This document shows, in pieces, positions 1 to 9,804 of a stretch of DNA of 64,000 nucleotides. Within the stretch, counting starts at the first letter, position 1; every line of letters begins with the position of its first letter. Position numbers and translations under genes: made by a program. The stretch is taken from positions 160,001 through 224,000 of the forward strand of contig CAXXFV010000016.1 in the NCBI GenBank assembly GCA_963674595.2, written 5' to 3'. This stretch comes from a bacterium (GTDB lineage: Bacteria > Zhuqueibacterota > Zhuqueibacteria > Residuimicrobiales > Krinioviventaceae). The notes beneath the pieces were generated by a model, which saw only the letters and a list, made by a program, of their open reading frames with translations, did no database searches and was not told the DNA's origin.

Positions 1-1
1 T

Positions 2-748
2 ATCGACAGGAATGGGGATAAACTCTTTGGTTAAATATCCATCAAGTTTTTTTGTATATTCTTTTTTGATTTTGATTTTAGTTTTGTCACCATCAATTAC
101 ATATTCTATTTTTGCCTGGTCTAAATTTTGTGGATTATATATTTCAAAATAGGCCATAGATGTGTCAACAAGACCTTTAAAGGTGTTTGTTACCTGTGGT
201 GTATAGGTTAAATTACCTGTTGAATCCGGTTTAATATTTTGTATAAAGACTATTTCACTGGCATCAATTTTATCCTCGTTATATTTTTTAACCTTGAACT
301 TTCCTTCTAATTTAGAACTTGATTCTGACTCCAGGTCTTGCAAGTTTATGGAAAATTCATATTCTCCGGGTTCTAGTTCAAAAGTCTTGTCCAGTTTACT
401 GAATTTGTCGCGTCTGTTTGTATCATCATAGTTTTCTACATTAATTGTTTCTTTTAAAATATGCCCGTCGACCTGATCGCCATCATCATCCTTAAAAATA
501 ATTGAAACTTCATAAGAGGCTTCATAGCCGTCCCCTACTTTCAGAAATTGTAATTCGTCATAGACAATTTCCAGATAAAATTCGATTTGATTGTAATCGC
601 TTGATTGTTGTTTTCCTAATGTAGAAAAATCAAAAAAGAACTTGGGTCCGTTATGATCATAATAGTTATCCAATTCAACTTGAGCAAATGATGAGGTTAT
701 ATAGCATAAAACAAATGGTATAACAAATAAAAATTTCATTTTTTTCAT
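2..748 (-). CDS. Secreted protein, N-terminal part (runs off the window edge); probable GWxTD domain-containing protein
   Basis: Not in the ORF track because it is truncated. Read manually: ATG at 748 with AAGGAG RBS; MKKMKFLFVIPFVLCYITSSFAQ signal peptide; then IEFYLEIVYDELQFLK...LEPGEYEFSINLQDLES...YFEIYN, resembling GWxTD-protein N-terminal regions. The GWxTD motif itself would lie outside the window. Confidence 0.65.
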   Translation of the reverse strand, partial: MKKMKFLFVIPFVLCYITSSFAQVELDNYYDHNGPKFFFDFSTLGKQQSSDYNQIEFYLEIVYDELQFLKVGDGYEASYEVSIIFKDDDGDQVDGHILKETINVENYDDTNRRDKFSKLDKTFELEPGEYEFSINLQDLESESSSKLEGKFKVKKYNEDKIDASEIVFIQNIKPDSTGNLTYTPQVTNTFKGLVDTSMAYFEIYNPQNLDQAKIEYVIDGDKTKIKIKKEYTKKLDGYLTKEFIPIPVD

Positions 749-848
749 TTTTTGCTCCTTTCAATGTTTGAGAGCAATCTCTTAAAATTAATTTCAGGAA
801 CCAGAGTTATGATTGTCGCTTTATCATATAAACAATTGTTAGGCATTT

Positions 849-2132
849 TTATATTTCCGTCATATTGACGGCAAACAGATCATATGGTGTTACATCTTCT
901 ATTTTGCATTTGTAAAAATGCCCTGGTTTTAACAGTCCATTGACAATAACACTATTGTCAATTTCAGGTGCATCCCATTGGGTTCTTCCAAGGCTTATAT
1001 TGTTTTCTTTTTCATTTTGGTCAATTAAAATTTCCAGTGTTGAACCAATGAGCTGTTGATTGTTTAACTCTGCAAGTGCTGCTTGAGTTTCCATAATTTG
1101 TTTTTGTCGTGAAATTTTTATGTTTTCCGGTATATTGTCTTGCCAATTAAAGGCAGCCGTACCTTCTTCTTGTGAATAGGTAAACACACCCAATCGTTCA
1201 AATTTTTCTGTTTTAACAAATTTGACAAGTTTCTGGAAATCAGATTCTGTCTCTCCTGGAAAACCGACAATAAAAGACGTTCGCAATGCCAGATTAGGGA
1301 TTTTTGCCCTTAGTTTTGTTGTCAGTTCCCTGATTTGCTGACTGGTTACTTTTCTTCCCATTTTAGTCAATATTTTGTCTGATATATGCTGCAATGGCAA
1401 ATCAATATATGGCACAATTTTAGAGGAACCGGCAACCACATCAATGAGGTCATCTGTCCAGTGTGCCGGATGGGTGTAAAGCAACCGGACCCACTTAATC
1501 CCGGAAATGGATTCCAAAGATATTAACAATTCTTTTAAAGCATCAGTTTTATTTTGGTCCATACCATAATAGGTAATGTCCTGAGAAACCAGTAACAGTT
1601 CTTTTACGCCGGAATCTGCCAATTGAATCGCCTCTTTTAATATGTCTTCCTTTGGACGACTTTTATAATCACCTTTAAATGTTGGTATAGCACAATAACT
1701 GCATCTGTTATTACAACCTTCTGCTATTTTTAAATAGGCATAATGAGGAGGCGTTAAACTGTATCTGTTTCTATCCGATAATGTTGAAAAATGTTTTTTT
1801 AATTCATCTATTGTTTCGAATGGATCTGTTGATGTAAAAATAGCATCTATTTCCGGAATTTCCTGTAACAGTTCCTCTTTAAAACGCTGCGGCATACACC
1901 CTGTGACAAATATTTTAAAATCCGGATTTTCGTTTTTGATTAAACATGCTTCAAGGATTGTGTCAATGGCTTCCTGCTTGGCGTCATCAATGAATGCGCA
2001 CGTGTTTATGATAACACTTGACGCCTTGTCTGGTGATGAACATATCTCTATATCGGGTCCAAGACTTCCCAGAATACACTCCAGGTCTGCTACATTTTTG
2101 GGGCAGCCCAGGCTGATATATGCCGTTTTCAC
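849..2132 (-). CDS. rimO: Ribosomal protein S12 methylthiotransferase RimO
   Basis: SLGCPKN, INTCAFI and TGC MTTase N-domain; CNNRCSYC radical SAM motif; C-terminal TRAM with GRTQWDAPEID. Confidence 0.95.
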   Translation of the reverse strand: MKTAYISLGCPKNVADLECILGSLGPDIEICSSPDKASSVIINTCAFIDDAKQEAIDTILEACLIKNENPDFKIFVTGCMPQRFKEELLQEIPEIDAIFTSTDPFETIDELKKHFSTLSDRNRYSLTPPHYAYLKIAEGCNNRCSYCAIPTFKGDYKSRPKEDILKEAIQLADSGVKELLLVSQDITYYGMDQNKTDALKELLISLESISGIKWVRLLYTHPAHWTDDLIDVVAGSSKIVPYIDLPLQHISDKILTKMGRKVTSQQIRELTTKLRAKIPNLALRTSFIVGFPGETESDFQKLVKFVKTEKFERLGVFTYSQEEGTAAFNWQDNIPENIKISRQKQIMETQAALAELNNQQLIGSTLEILIDQNEKENNISLGRTQWDAPEIDNSVIVNGLLKPGHFYKCKIEDVTPYDLFAVNMTEI

Positions 2133-3043
2133 TGAAATAGTGCCTCTACAAATTGTTCGGGATCAAACTCTGCAAGATCGTCAATTTTTTCTCCAAAACC
2201 AATATAACATACCGGTATTTTTAATTCTTTGACGATTGAAAAAATGATGCCACCCTTTGCCGTACCATCCAGTTTTGTAAGTATAATACCACTAACGTCT
2301 ACGGATTCGGCAAACTTTTTGGCCTGTAAAAGACCGTTTTGACCTGTTGTTGCGTCAATAACAAGGAGGACCTGGTGTGGTGCATCGCTTATCTGGCGTT
2401 TAAGTATACGATGTATTTTCTCCAGTTCCGCCATAAGGTTTGTTTTTGTATGGAGTCTGCCGGCCGTATCAATCAGCAAAATATCTATGTTTCGTGCAAT
2501 TGATGCCTGCAAAGCATCATAAGCGACGGATGCCGGGTCTGAGCCTGGTTTGTTATGCACGATATCAACCTGTGATCTTTCCGCCCAAATATCCAGTTGA
2601 TCGATTGCCGCCGCACGAAATGTGTCTGCTGCGGCTAATAAAACTTTATTACCTTTTTTTTGAAATATATTTGCAAGTTTTCCGATTGATGTTGTTTTAC
2701 CGGTCCCGTTTACGCCGACAATGCTTATAACCTGGGGTTTTACATTTTGTGGTGTTTCGGAAACAGAATGCTGTTCAAAAAATGAGATTAGCTCCTGTTT
2801 TACAAGATCAAGTATTGATTCGGATGTGTTTGAGCCCAGTTCATTGCTTTTACTGCGAATTTTATCAATAATTATTTCTGAGGTTTCAACACCAATATCA
2901 CTCAAAATTAGTATTTCTTCTATTTGTTCCAATACATCTTCATCTATCCGGCTTGTTTGGTTTACAACCCGGGTGATTCCGTCTACGAGATTGGATTTTG
3001 TTTTAGCAAGACCTTTTGCAAGTTTTGAAACAAGTTTTAACAA
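2129..3043 (-). CDS. ftsY: Signal recognition particle receptor FtsY
   Basis: GVNGTGKTT, DTFRAAA, DTAGRLH and TKLDGTAKGG motifs. Confidence 0.97.
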   Translation of the reverse strand: MLKLVSKLAKGLAKTKSNLVDGITRVVNQTSRIDEDVLEQIEEILILSDIGVETSEIIIDKIRSKSNELGSNTSESILDLVKQELISFFEQHSVSETPQNVKPQVISIVGVNGTGKTTSIGKLANIFQKKGNKVLLAAADTFRAAAIDQLDIWAERSQVDIVHNKPGSDPASVAYDALQASIARNIDILLIDTAGRLHTKTNLMAELEKIHRILKRQISDAPHQVLLVIDATTGQNGLLQAKKFAESVDVSGIILTKLDGTAKGGIIFSIVKELKIPVCYIGFGEKIDDLAEFDPEQFVEALFQ

Positions 3044-3059
3044 AAATTTTTCCTTAAAA

Positions 3060-3668
3060 TTATTTTTCTGTAACTAGTTTAGAATTTTTGGGTGCCTTTT
3101 TTCCCCTTTTAGGAATTAATTCCTGATGCAGGAAATAATATGTTATTAATGAAGATGGTATGAGGATAATGGATATCCACATGGTGATGATGTTTAACGG
3201 ATACAAATTTGCCGTATAACAAAATGTAACGGCTAAAAATGAAGATAGAGTAATTTTTCCCAAGAGGTTCGACTCGACGACGATACGTTTTTTTGAAATA
3301 ACATATATTCCGGCAATGAGAATAGTAATATCACGTCCTATAACAAAAAAGGCAAATATATAGGGAAGCCCTTTATAAGCTGCCAGTGCCAGCATAATGA
3401 CGGCTACGTTTATCTTGTCCACCAGTGGATCCAGCATTCGTCCCAACTGAGAACGTTGATTTAACTTTCGTGCAAAATATCCGTCAAAATAATCTGTAAG
3501 ACCGGATAAAATCATAGCAAACAAGGCTATTATATTTCCTGTATTTGTGTTTAGTTTTAGAAAATAAACAATAACAGGTATAAATAAAAGTCTCGCAATT
3601 GTTAAAATATTTGGAACACCAAAATAATGCTGGTCGTCCTTTACTATTTCAAATAAGCCGATTTTCAT
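3060..3668 (-). CDS. pgsA: CDP-alcohol phosphatidyltransferase (PgsA-like)
   Basis: PNILT..R start; DYFDGYFARKLNQRSQLGRMLDPLVDK signature; several TM helices. Confidence 0.85.
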   Translation of the reverse strand: MKIGLFEIVKDDQHYFGVPNILTIARLLFIPVIVYFLKLNTNTGNIIALFAMILSGLTDYFDGYFARKLNQRSQLGRMLDPLVDKINVAVIMLALAAYKGLPYIFAFFVIGRDITILIAGIYVISKKRIVVESNLLGKITLSSFLAVTFCYTANLYPLNIITMWISIILIPSSLITYYFLHQELIPKRGKKAPKNSKLVTEK

Positions 3669-3676
3669 AAAATCCT

Positions 3677-4846
3677 CTAGGAAAATGCTTTTAACGCATC
3701 CATTATCAATGATGGTTTTTTGAATAATGCGGATTTGAAAATATTAAAAAGTGTTCTTTTTCCTACTGGTAATTTTAACAGAATATTTGCTGTTTCTTCA
3801 AGGTCATCATCAGTCATTTTAAAGACATAATTTTTTAATTTATAGAATAGTTTGTTTTTGTTGCCTTCAGCATTATACCATTGTTTTGCGTATTCTTCCA
3901 ATCTTTTTTTGGAAACATCGTTTTCCTGAACAGCTTTTGCAGCGACCTGACCGGCAATTTTTGCAGCGATCATTCCGTTAACAATTCCACCACCGGATAC
4001 AGGATTTACCTGATGCGCGGCATCACCAACAAGCATTAATCCATCTGCAACGATTTCATCAAGTGTTGCGGAACAGGGCACACCACCGGCAACTGTTGTT
4101 AAAATAGCCGCTTTTGGAAAATGTGTTTTTAAAAATTTATCCAAATAATAAATTGGCGGCTTTTCTTTTGCATAAATACCAGAGATTCCCAAACCAACAT
4201 TGGCCAAACCGTTTCCTTTAGGGAATATCCATATATAACCGCCGGGAGCCATGTCTTTACCAAAATACATGTGACAATAGTTATCATTTACGTCAATATT
4301 TTGTGCTGTTACCTGGGCACATGTTTCCATATCAGCCATTGAAGTGGATGTTTTAAGTCCGGCCCAGCGACCAACCCGGGATTCCAAACCATCCGCACCA
4401 ATGACAATTTTCGCTTTTATTTCATATTTTTCACCCAAATGTTCAACTTTACATCCGCACACCGTGCCGTTGTCAAATAACAAATCATAAACATATGCTT
4501 TTGTCAATACGTCGGCACCTTCTTTTGCCGCTATTTGTGCAAGGTCATAATCAAAACGTTTGCGGTCAAGAATATAACCGACTTCATTGCTGTCTATCTG
4601 GACGGTTTGTCCAGATGGTGAATTAAGAGTTATGCCGGTTATTTTTTTCGCAATCCAGGATGGCTCCAAATCTACAACAGTCAGAATCCCTTTTTCACCA
4701 ACACCTTCGGCGCAACGTACCGGAATTCCGATTTCTCTGTCTTTTTCCAAAAGCAGTACTTTGGCCCCGTTTTTGGCGGCAAAACGAGCGGCTGTAGAGC
4801 CTGTTGGTCCAGCGCCTACAATAACAATATCATAACTGCTATTCAT
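3677..4846 (-). CDS. Geranylgeranyl reductase family flavoprotein, archaeal DGGGPL-reductase-like
   Basis: GAGPTG FAD motif; EIGIPVRCAEG; APGGYIWIFPKG (PxxYxWxFP); GDAAHQVNPVSGGGI. Confidence 0.9.
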   Translation of the reverse strand: MNSSYDIVIVGAGPTGSTAARFAAKNGAKVLLLEKDREIGIPVRCAEGVGEKGILTVVDLEPSWIAKKITGITLNSPSGQTVQIDSNEVGYILDRKRFDYDLAQIAAKEGADVLTKAYVYDLLFDNGTVCGCKVEHLGEKYEIKAKIVIGADGLESRVGRWAGLKTSTSMADMETCAQVTAQNIDVNDNYCHMYFGKDMAPGGYIWIFPKGNGLANVGLGISGIYAKEKPPIYYLDKFLKTHFPKAAILTTVAGGVPCSATLDEIVADGLMLVGDAAHQVNPVSGGGIVNGMIAAKIAGQVAAKAVQENDVSKKRLEEYAKQWYNAEGNKNKLFYKLKNYVFKMTDDDLEETANILLKLPVGKRTLFNIFKSALFKKPSLIMDALKAFS

Positions 4847-5018
4847 CTTTTACCTCCAAAGCACGAAGGGGACATATATAGACACAGTTTTTGCATACCG
4901 TGCACTTTTCCGTAATTGTCAGTTGTGTCTCTGATAACTCTATAGCATCATGTGGACAAACAGCAACGCATGTTCCGCAGAAATCACAAAGTTTTTGTTC
5001 CCATTTAATTTGTTCCAT
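4839..5018 (-). CDS. 2x[4Fe-4S] ferredoxin (59 aa)
   Basis: CDFCGTCVAVCP and CTVCKNCVYICP. Start moved to ATG 5018 (AAAGGA upstream) because the longer ORF-track start overlaps the UbiA gene. The stop overlaps the GGR start. Confidence 0.92.
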   Translation of the reverse strand: MEQIKWEQKLCDFCGTCVAVCPHDAIELSETQLTITEKCTVCKNCVYICPLRALEVKDE

Positions 5019-5040
5019 ATATAATCCTTTTGTTATAATA

Positions 5041-6009
5041 TCACTTTCGTAAACTCGGGTAATCGATTCCAAATCTGCGTTTATAATACCACTTTGAAAA
5101 AAAGAATAAAAAAGCAATAAAAACAAGGTATCCGGGGAATTTATAACAAATTGTTAAAGATAAAAACAGAGCTGCAAATTTATTAGCCCGTAAAATTTCT
5201 TTAATAGATTTTTTGTTTACAGCAAGGGCAAAAAACGGGAGTATAAGAACTGTTGGTATCAGAGCAACAATATCTTTCATCCATAATGCTGCCAGGACGG
5301 CGATAATATCTGTTACAAGCCCTGCCCAAAGAGTAAAATTCATTCCATATTTTACAGCAATCGTTTTTTTATTGACAGCTTTATCACCTTCAATATCAGG
5401 AATTGTTGTAAAAAAGTAAACGGCTATCATTCCCAATATATAAGGGGTTGCCTGTTGAAGCATTTTTAAGTTCAGGGTCCCTTGTATCAACCAGCCAAAC
5501 GCAAAAACGATATAAAAACCTAAAATATTGATTATCAACCCGCCAATCGGCTTGTCCTTAAACTTGAATGGTTTACAGCTATAGAACCAACCTGTTATAA
5601 GAAAAGCAAGTAATGAAACGATCGCCAGGCTAAATTTAAGCCATGACAAAATAATAAATGGAACGATAACCAATGTAATCGTTTCAATATATGCATTTTT
5701 AAGACTAATATCACCATTAGCAATTAAAAAAAGTTTATTGTTTAGTTTATCTGTTTCAACGTCTTCTATTTGATTTAATAAAAAAGAAGCTCCCATTGCG
5801 AGGGTCAACAGACCAATAGTAATAATAAATTTAATGTTTAAGGTGCCGATTGTAAAAGTGTGTAATAAAGTACTGTTATGGTCATCAAATCTTAACTGGG
5901 CCCAATATCCTACCAGGGATATTGTCCACACAGGAAAGAAAAGAGTTGGTCTTAGCACAAAGAAATAATCTAATATTTTTAAAAATTTTAATTTTTTTTC
6001 AGAGTTCAA
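5041..6009 (-). CDS. UbiA-family prenyltransferase (DGGGP synthase/MenA/ChlG-like branch)
   Basis: LRP start motif; Asp-rich motif 1 NQIEDVETD; YSCKPFKFK; motif 2 PDIEGDKAVNKKTIAVKYG; multiple TM helices. Confidence 0.88.
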   Translation of the reverse strand: MNSEKKLKFLKILDYFFVLRPTLFFPVWTISLVGYWAQLRFDDHNSTLLHTFTIGTLNIKFIITIGLLTLAMGASFLLNQIEDVETDKLNNKLFLIANGDISLKNAYIETITLVIVPFIILSWLKFSLAIVSLLAFLITGWFYSCKPFKFKDKPIGGLIINILGFYIVFAFGWLIQGTLNLKMLQQATPYILGMIAVYFFTTIPDIEGDKAVNKKTIAVKYGMNFTLWAGLVTDIIAVLAALWMKDIVALIPTVLILPFFALAVNKKSIKEILRANKFAALFLSLTICYKFPGYLVFIAFLFFFSKWYYKRRFGIDYPSLRK

Positions 6010-6050
6010 AAGCCTCCCCCGAATTTATATTCGAGCATAATGTGCATTAA

Positions 6051-7463
6051 TTAATGATCATTCTTTTCATGTTGAAATTTGTTTATTGTTTCTTCTATTT
6101 TAATCGGATAATCGCCGGTAAAGCAGGCAGTACAAAAACCACCTTCTTCGTGTGAAACAGAGCTTAATAGTCCTTCAAGAGACAAATAGGCAAGGCTGTC
6201 ACAGTTGAGAAACTTACAAATTTCATCTACAGTTTTATTGCTTGCGATCAGCTCTTCTTTGCTTGGAAAATCCATTCCATAAAAACATGGAGAAGTTATA
6301 GGTGGGGAACTTACCCTAACATGAACTTCTTTGGCCCCGGCTTGCCGTATAAGACTGACAAGCTGTCGAAGCGTTGTCCCCCGGACTATTGAATCTTCAA
6401 TAACAATAACGCGTCGATTTTCTAAAATACCTTTAACGGTGTTGAATTTGACACGTACACTAAAGTCCCGCATGTTCTGCTGAGGGTGAATGAACGTTCT
6501 GCCGACGTAATGATTACGTATAAGTCCCAAATCAAATTTTATATCTGATCGACGGGAAAATCCGACGGCTGCTGTGTTGCTGGAGTCGGGTACGGAAATG
6601 ACAATATCAGCATCCACCGCAGATTCCAGGGCTAAATTTTTCCCTAATTTCCGTCTAACTTTATCAACATTTTCGTTAAAAATTCGACTGTCGGGTCGCG
6701 AAAAATATATAAATTCAAATATACAAGCATGTCTTTTTTGGTTTAAATCTATTGTATGGGATGTTATGCCATCTTGCGATATTTCTACAAGCTCGCCGGG
6801 TTTTATATCCCGAATGATATTAGCCCGGACCAAATCCAGGGCGCAGGTTTCAGAAACAACAAAATAAGAGCCGTCTTTTTCTCCTAGACACAATGGCCGA
6901 ACACCATGAGGATCCCGGGCGGCATATATTTTATCTTTTGTTAATAAAAGTAAAGAAAATGCACCTCTTATTTGTTTAAGTGCATCTATAATTTTTTGTG
7001 ACATGGTAGTTTTTTTTGAACGCGCAATCAAATGTGCTACAACTTCGGTATCGGTAGAGGTTTGAAATATGGAACCTTCCTGCTCTAATACATGCCTTAA
7101 AATACCAGAGTTTGTAAAATTTCCATTGTGACTTATGGCTATAGGACCGTCTTTGCTGTTAACCAACAAAGGTTGTGCGTTTAAGGTGTGTGTCGATCCT
7201 GTTGTCGAATAACGGTTATGACCAATTGCTATTTGACCTTTTAAACGATCGAATATTTTGGTGTCAGAAAATACATCTGCTACAAGGCCTTGTCCGACAT
7301 GTCTGTATACATGATCGCCGTCACTGGATACAATCCCCGAGCTTTCCTGGCCGCGATGTTGTAGCGAATAGAGGCCAAGGTAACTTAGTCTTGCGGCGTC
7401 AGGTGATCCAAATACGCCTACTACACCGCAATTTGATTCCGGTTTATCTAAAATATGTTTCAT
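6051..7463 (-). CDS. purF: Amidophosphoribosyltransferase
   Basis: Propeptide then CGVVG; LQHRGQES; GHNRYSTTG; CIFEFIYFSRPDS; EDSIVRGTT; CFYGMD; CTACF. Confidence 0.97.
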   Translation of the reverse strand: MKHILDKPESNCGVVGVFGSPDAARLSYLGLYSLQHRGQESSGIVSSDGDHVYRHVGQGLVADVFSDTKIFDRLKGQIAIGHNRYSTTGSTHTLNAQPLLVNSKDGPIAISHNGNFTNSGILRHVLEQEGSIFQTSTDTEVVAHLIARSKKTTMSQKIIDALKQIRGAFSLLLLTKDKIYAARDPHGVRPLCLGEKDGSYFVVSETCALDLVRANIIRDIKPGELVEISQDGITSHTIDLNQKRHACIFEFIYFSRPDSRIFNENVDKVRRKLGKNLALESAVDADIVISVPDSSNTAAVGFSRRSDIKFDLGLIRNHYVGRTFIHPQQNMRDFSVRVKFNTVKGILENRRVIVIEDSIVRGTTLRQLVSLIRQAGAKEVHVRVSSPPITSPCFYGMDFPSKEELIASNKTVDEICKFLNCDSLAYLSLEGLLSSVSHEEGGFCTACFTGDYPIKIEETINKFQHEKNDH

Positions 7464-7485
7464 TGGTTATTAATGGATCCTTTTT

Positions 7486-7848
7486 TTAGTTTGTGGAAAT
7501 AATTAAATAACAAAGACCTGTGCCGAGAATATCAGCGGCAAAATCTTTCCAGCTTGGAGTTCCTTTGCCTGAGACTTTGTCATAAATTTCTTTCAAAGCA
7601 CCTGTTGTAATTGAAAAAGAAACAGCAGAATATTTGGAATGTTCTTCTGAAAAGGAACATTCTTTATAGGCAAAATAGTAGCTGAATCCTGTCAATAGAG
7701 CGCTTGTTGTAAAGTGATCGATTTTATCCTTTGCAAACCACGAATCATGTAACCTTGGGTGGTTTGTTTTGACAGAGTCACTGTTTGAAATGTTTATTTG
7801 TGCTGCTGAAACTGAAGCAAAAAGAAACACAAAGTATAGTGGTTTCAT
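7486..7848 (-). CDS. YfiM/DUF2279-like small exported or membrane protein
   Basis: Signal peptide; DSWFAKDKIDHF...KEIYD...SWKDFAADILG pattern. Confidence 0.7.
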   Translation of the reverse strand: MKPLYFVFLFASVSAAQINISNSDSVKTNHPRLHDSWFAKDKIDHFTTSALLTGFSYYFAYKECSFSEEHSKYSAVSFSITTGALKEIYDKVSGKGTPSWKDFAADILGTGLCYLIISTN

Positions 7849-7850
7849 TT

Positions 7851-8396
7851 TTAAAATCCAAGGTCTTTGCTTATTTTTTGCATGGCCTGGATAGATAGTG
7901 TTATAAAGTTTTCAAGTGATAAATTTATTTCTTCACAGGAACGAATTTGGTCCCGGTTTGCCCCACGAGCAAAGCTCTTTTCCTTAAACCTTCGTAATAC
8001 AAAATCCGCATCAAGAGCTGCAAGCTTTTTATCCGGGTGCATTAAAACTGCGGCAACAACAAGCCCGGTTACAGGATCTGCTGCATAGAGTGCCTTGTCC
8101 AGCAAACTTTTTCGTTCAGCTAAATTATTGTGACATTTAATGGAATAAATGATTTCGTTCGGAAGATTGTATGGTTCTAATAGTTGTTCTGTTACCAGTG
8201 TATGTTTTTCAGGAGTATTTACTGTTTCTTCATAGTCCAGATCATGTAATAATCCTGTCAGGCCCCAAAGCTCTTCCGATTCTCCAAAATGTATAGCCAA
8301 TTCACGCATAACAGCTTCTACCGCTAATACATGTTTGAACAGGTTTTTGTTTGAAAAACGCGGTTTGGCCAGGTTATAAGCTTCTTGACGAGTCAA
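7851..8396 (-). CDS. HD-domain (HDIG-type) metal-dependent phosphohydrolase
   Basis: KHVLAVEAVM, GLLHDLDYE, ADPVTG and FARGANR motifs. Confidence 0.85.
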   Translation of the reverse strand: MTRQEAYNLAKPRFSNKNLFKHVLAVEAVMRELAIHFGESEELWGLTGLLHDLDYEETVNTPEKHTLVTEQLLEPYNLPNEIIYSIKCHNNLAERKSLLDKALYAADPVTGLVVAAVLMHPDKKLAALDADFVLRRFKEKSFARGANRDQIRSCEEINLSLENFITLSIQAMQKISKDLGF

Positions 8397-8413
8397 AATA
8401 TATCCTTAATAAT

Positions 8414-9787
8414 TTAAAAATAATTTCGAGTGATCACAATATAAATAAAAATTAACAATATTGCAAATGGACAGATAAAACGAATGAGAAAAGACCATAT
8501 TTTATTTACATGAAATACATTACCTGCCTGTTCGATTTCAGTTTTAACCGAAGCAACACCCCATTTATAGGCTACGAACAACGAGATGAAAAAAGCGCCG
8601 ATGGTTAGAGAATAGTTTCCTAAAATAATATTTGCCATATCCAGAAACCCTTTACCCAGTAGCGGCAGCTTTGTAAAAAATGATGAAGCGCCGAGTGAAA
8701 GGGCAGATGGTATTCCTATAACAAAGGCTATTAACGCTGTTATGATAGATGCTTTTTTACGGGACCATTTTTTTTCATCTACAAAATAGGCAACCGGTAC
8801 TTCAAGTAATGAGATTGTGGAAGTTAATGCAGCCACACTTAACAACAGGAAAAAGCCGGCTCCAAAAAATAATCCTAACGGTATTTTGGCAAAAATACTG
8901 GGTAAAACAACAAAGACAAGTCCGGGACCGCCGGCTGGGTCCATATTCATAGCAAACAGGGCCGGAAATGTCATCAGACCGGCAATTATGGCTATAAGGG
9001 TATCAAACAAACAAACATAACCGGCAGAAATATAAATATTATCTTTTTTGGCTATATAACTGCCATAGGTAATCATGGTGCCCATTCCCAAACTTAGGGA
9101 AAACAGGGCCTGTCCCAATGCTTTGGCAATAGTTCCGGCTCCGATTTTGCTGAAATCTGGGCTTAGATAAAATGAAAGTCCTTTTGATGCACCCGGCAAT
9201 GTTACGGATCGAAGGGTTAAAAGTATAAGCAAAACAAAAAGAACAGGCATAAGAATTTTTGCCCAGCGTTCAATTCCTTTGGAAACGCCGCGCATAACGA
9301 CCATTGCTGTAATTGTTATAAATAAAAACAGGGACCCAATTTCCAATAGCGGGTTTGCAACAAAATTTTCAAAGATTTCTACGGATTTTTCCGGAGATGT
9401 AAGGTTGGAAAAATTTCCCATCAGTGTTTTTACAAAGTATCCGAATGTCCAGCCGGCGATAACGGAATAGTAAGATAAAATACCAATGCCGGTAATGACG
9501 CCTAAAAGTCCCAATAACGGCCACAGTGTTCCGGGGGCCAATTTTTTAAAAGCACCATAGGGATTGAGCTGTGTGTTTCTGCCGACTGTTAATTCAGCAA
9601 TCATTACAGGAGTTCCGATTAATATAACAAAGACGATATATAACAAAACAAATGCAGCGCCGCCATTTTCACCGGTTACATAGGGAAAACGCCAGATATT
9701 ACCCAGCCCAATAGCAGACCCGGATGCTGCTAAAATAAAACCGATTTTAGAACCCCATTTATCTCGCTGAATCTCGGATTGACTCAC
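8414..9787 (-). CDS. Sodium-dependent transporter, NSS/LeuT family
   Basis: GSAIGLGNIWRFPY, GGAAF, QALFSLSLG, GPGLVF and AALTSTIS motifs. Confidence 0.95.
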   Translation of the reverse strand: MSQSEIQRDKWGSKIGFILAASGSAIGLGNIWRFPYVTGENGGAAFVLLYIVFVILIGTPVMIAELTVGRNTQLNPYGAFKKLAPGTLWPLLGLLGVITGIGILSYYSVIAGWTFGYFVKTLMGNFSNLTSPEKSVEIFENFVANPLLEIGSLFLFITITAMVVMRGVSKGIERWAKILMPVLFVLLILLTLRSVTLPGASKGLSFYLSPDFSKIGAGTIAKALGQALFSLSLGMGTMITYGSYIAKKDNIYISAGYVCLFDTLIAIIAGLMTFPALFAMNMDPAGGPGLVFVVLPSIFAKIPLGLFFGAGFFLLLSVAALTSTISLLEVPVAYFVDEKKWSRKKASIITALIAFVIGIPSALSLGASSFFTKLPLLGKGFLDMANIILGNYSLTIGAFFISLFVAYKWGVASVKTEIEQAGNVFHVNKIWSFLIRFICPFAILLIFIYIVITRNYF

Positions 9788-9804
9788 AAACTCCTCCGAT
9801 AGTG

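Noticed and set aside
5019-5126. N-terminal extension of the ferredoxin in the ORF track (95 aa)
   Set aside because: It overlaps the UbiA gene 3' end; the ATG at 5018 has an RBS and gives a canonical 59-aa ferredoxin.
3677-6009. UbiA + GGR pair read as bchG + bchP (photosynthesis)
   Set aside because: No other bch/chl, reaction-centre or carotenoid genes are in the window, and the GGR motifs match the archaeal lipid reductase type with an adjacent ferredoxin.
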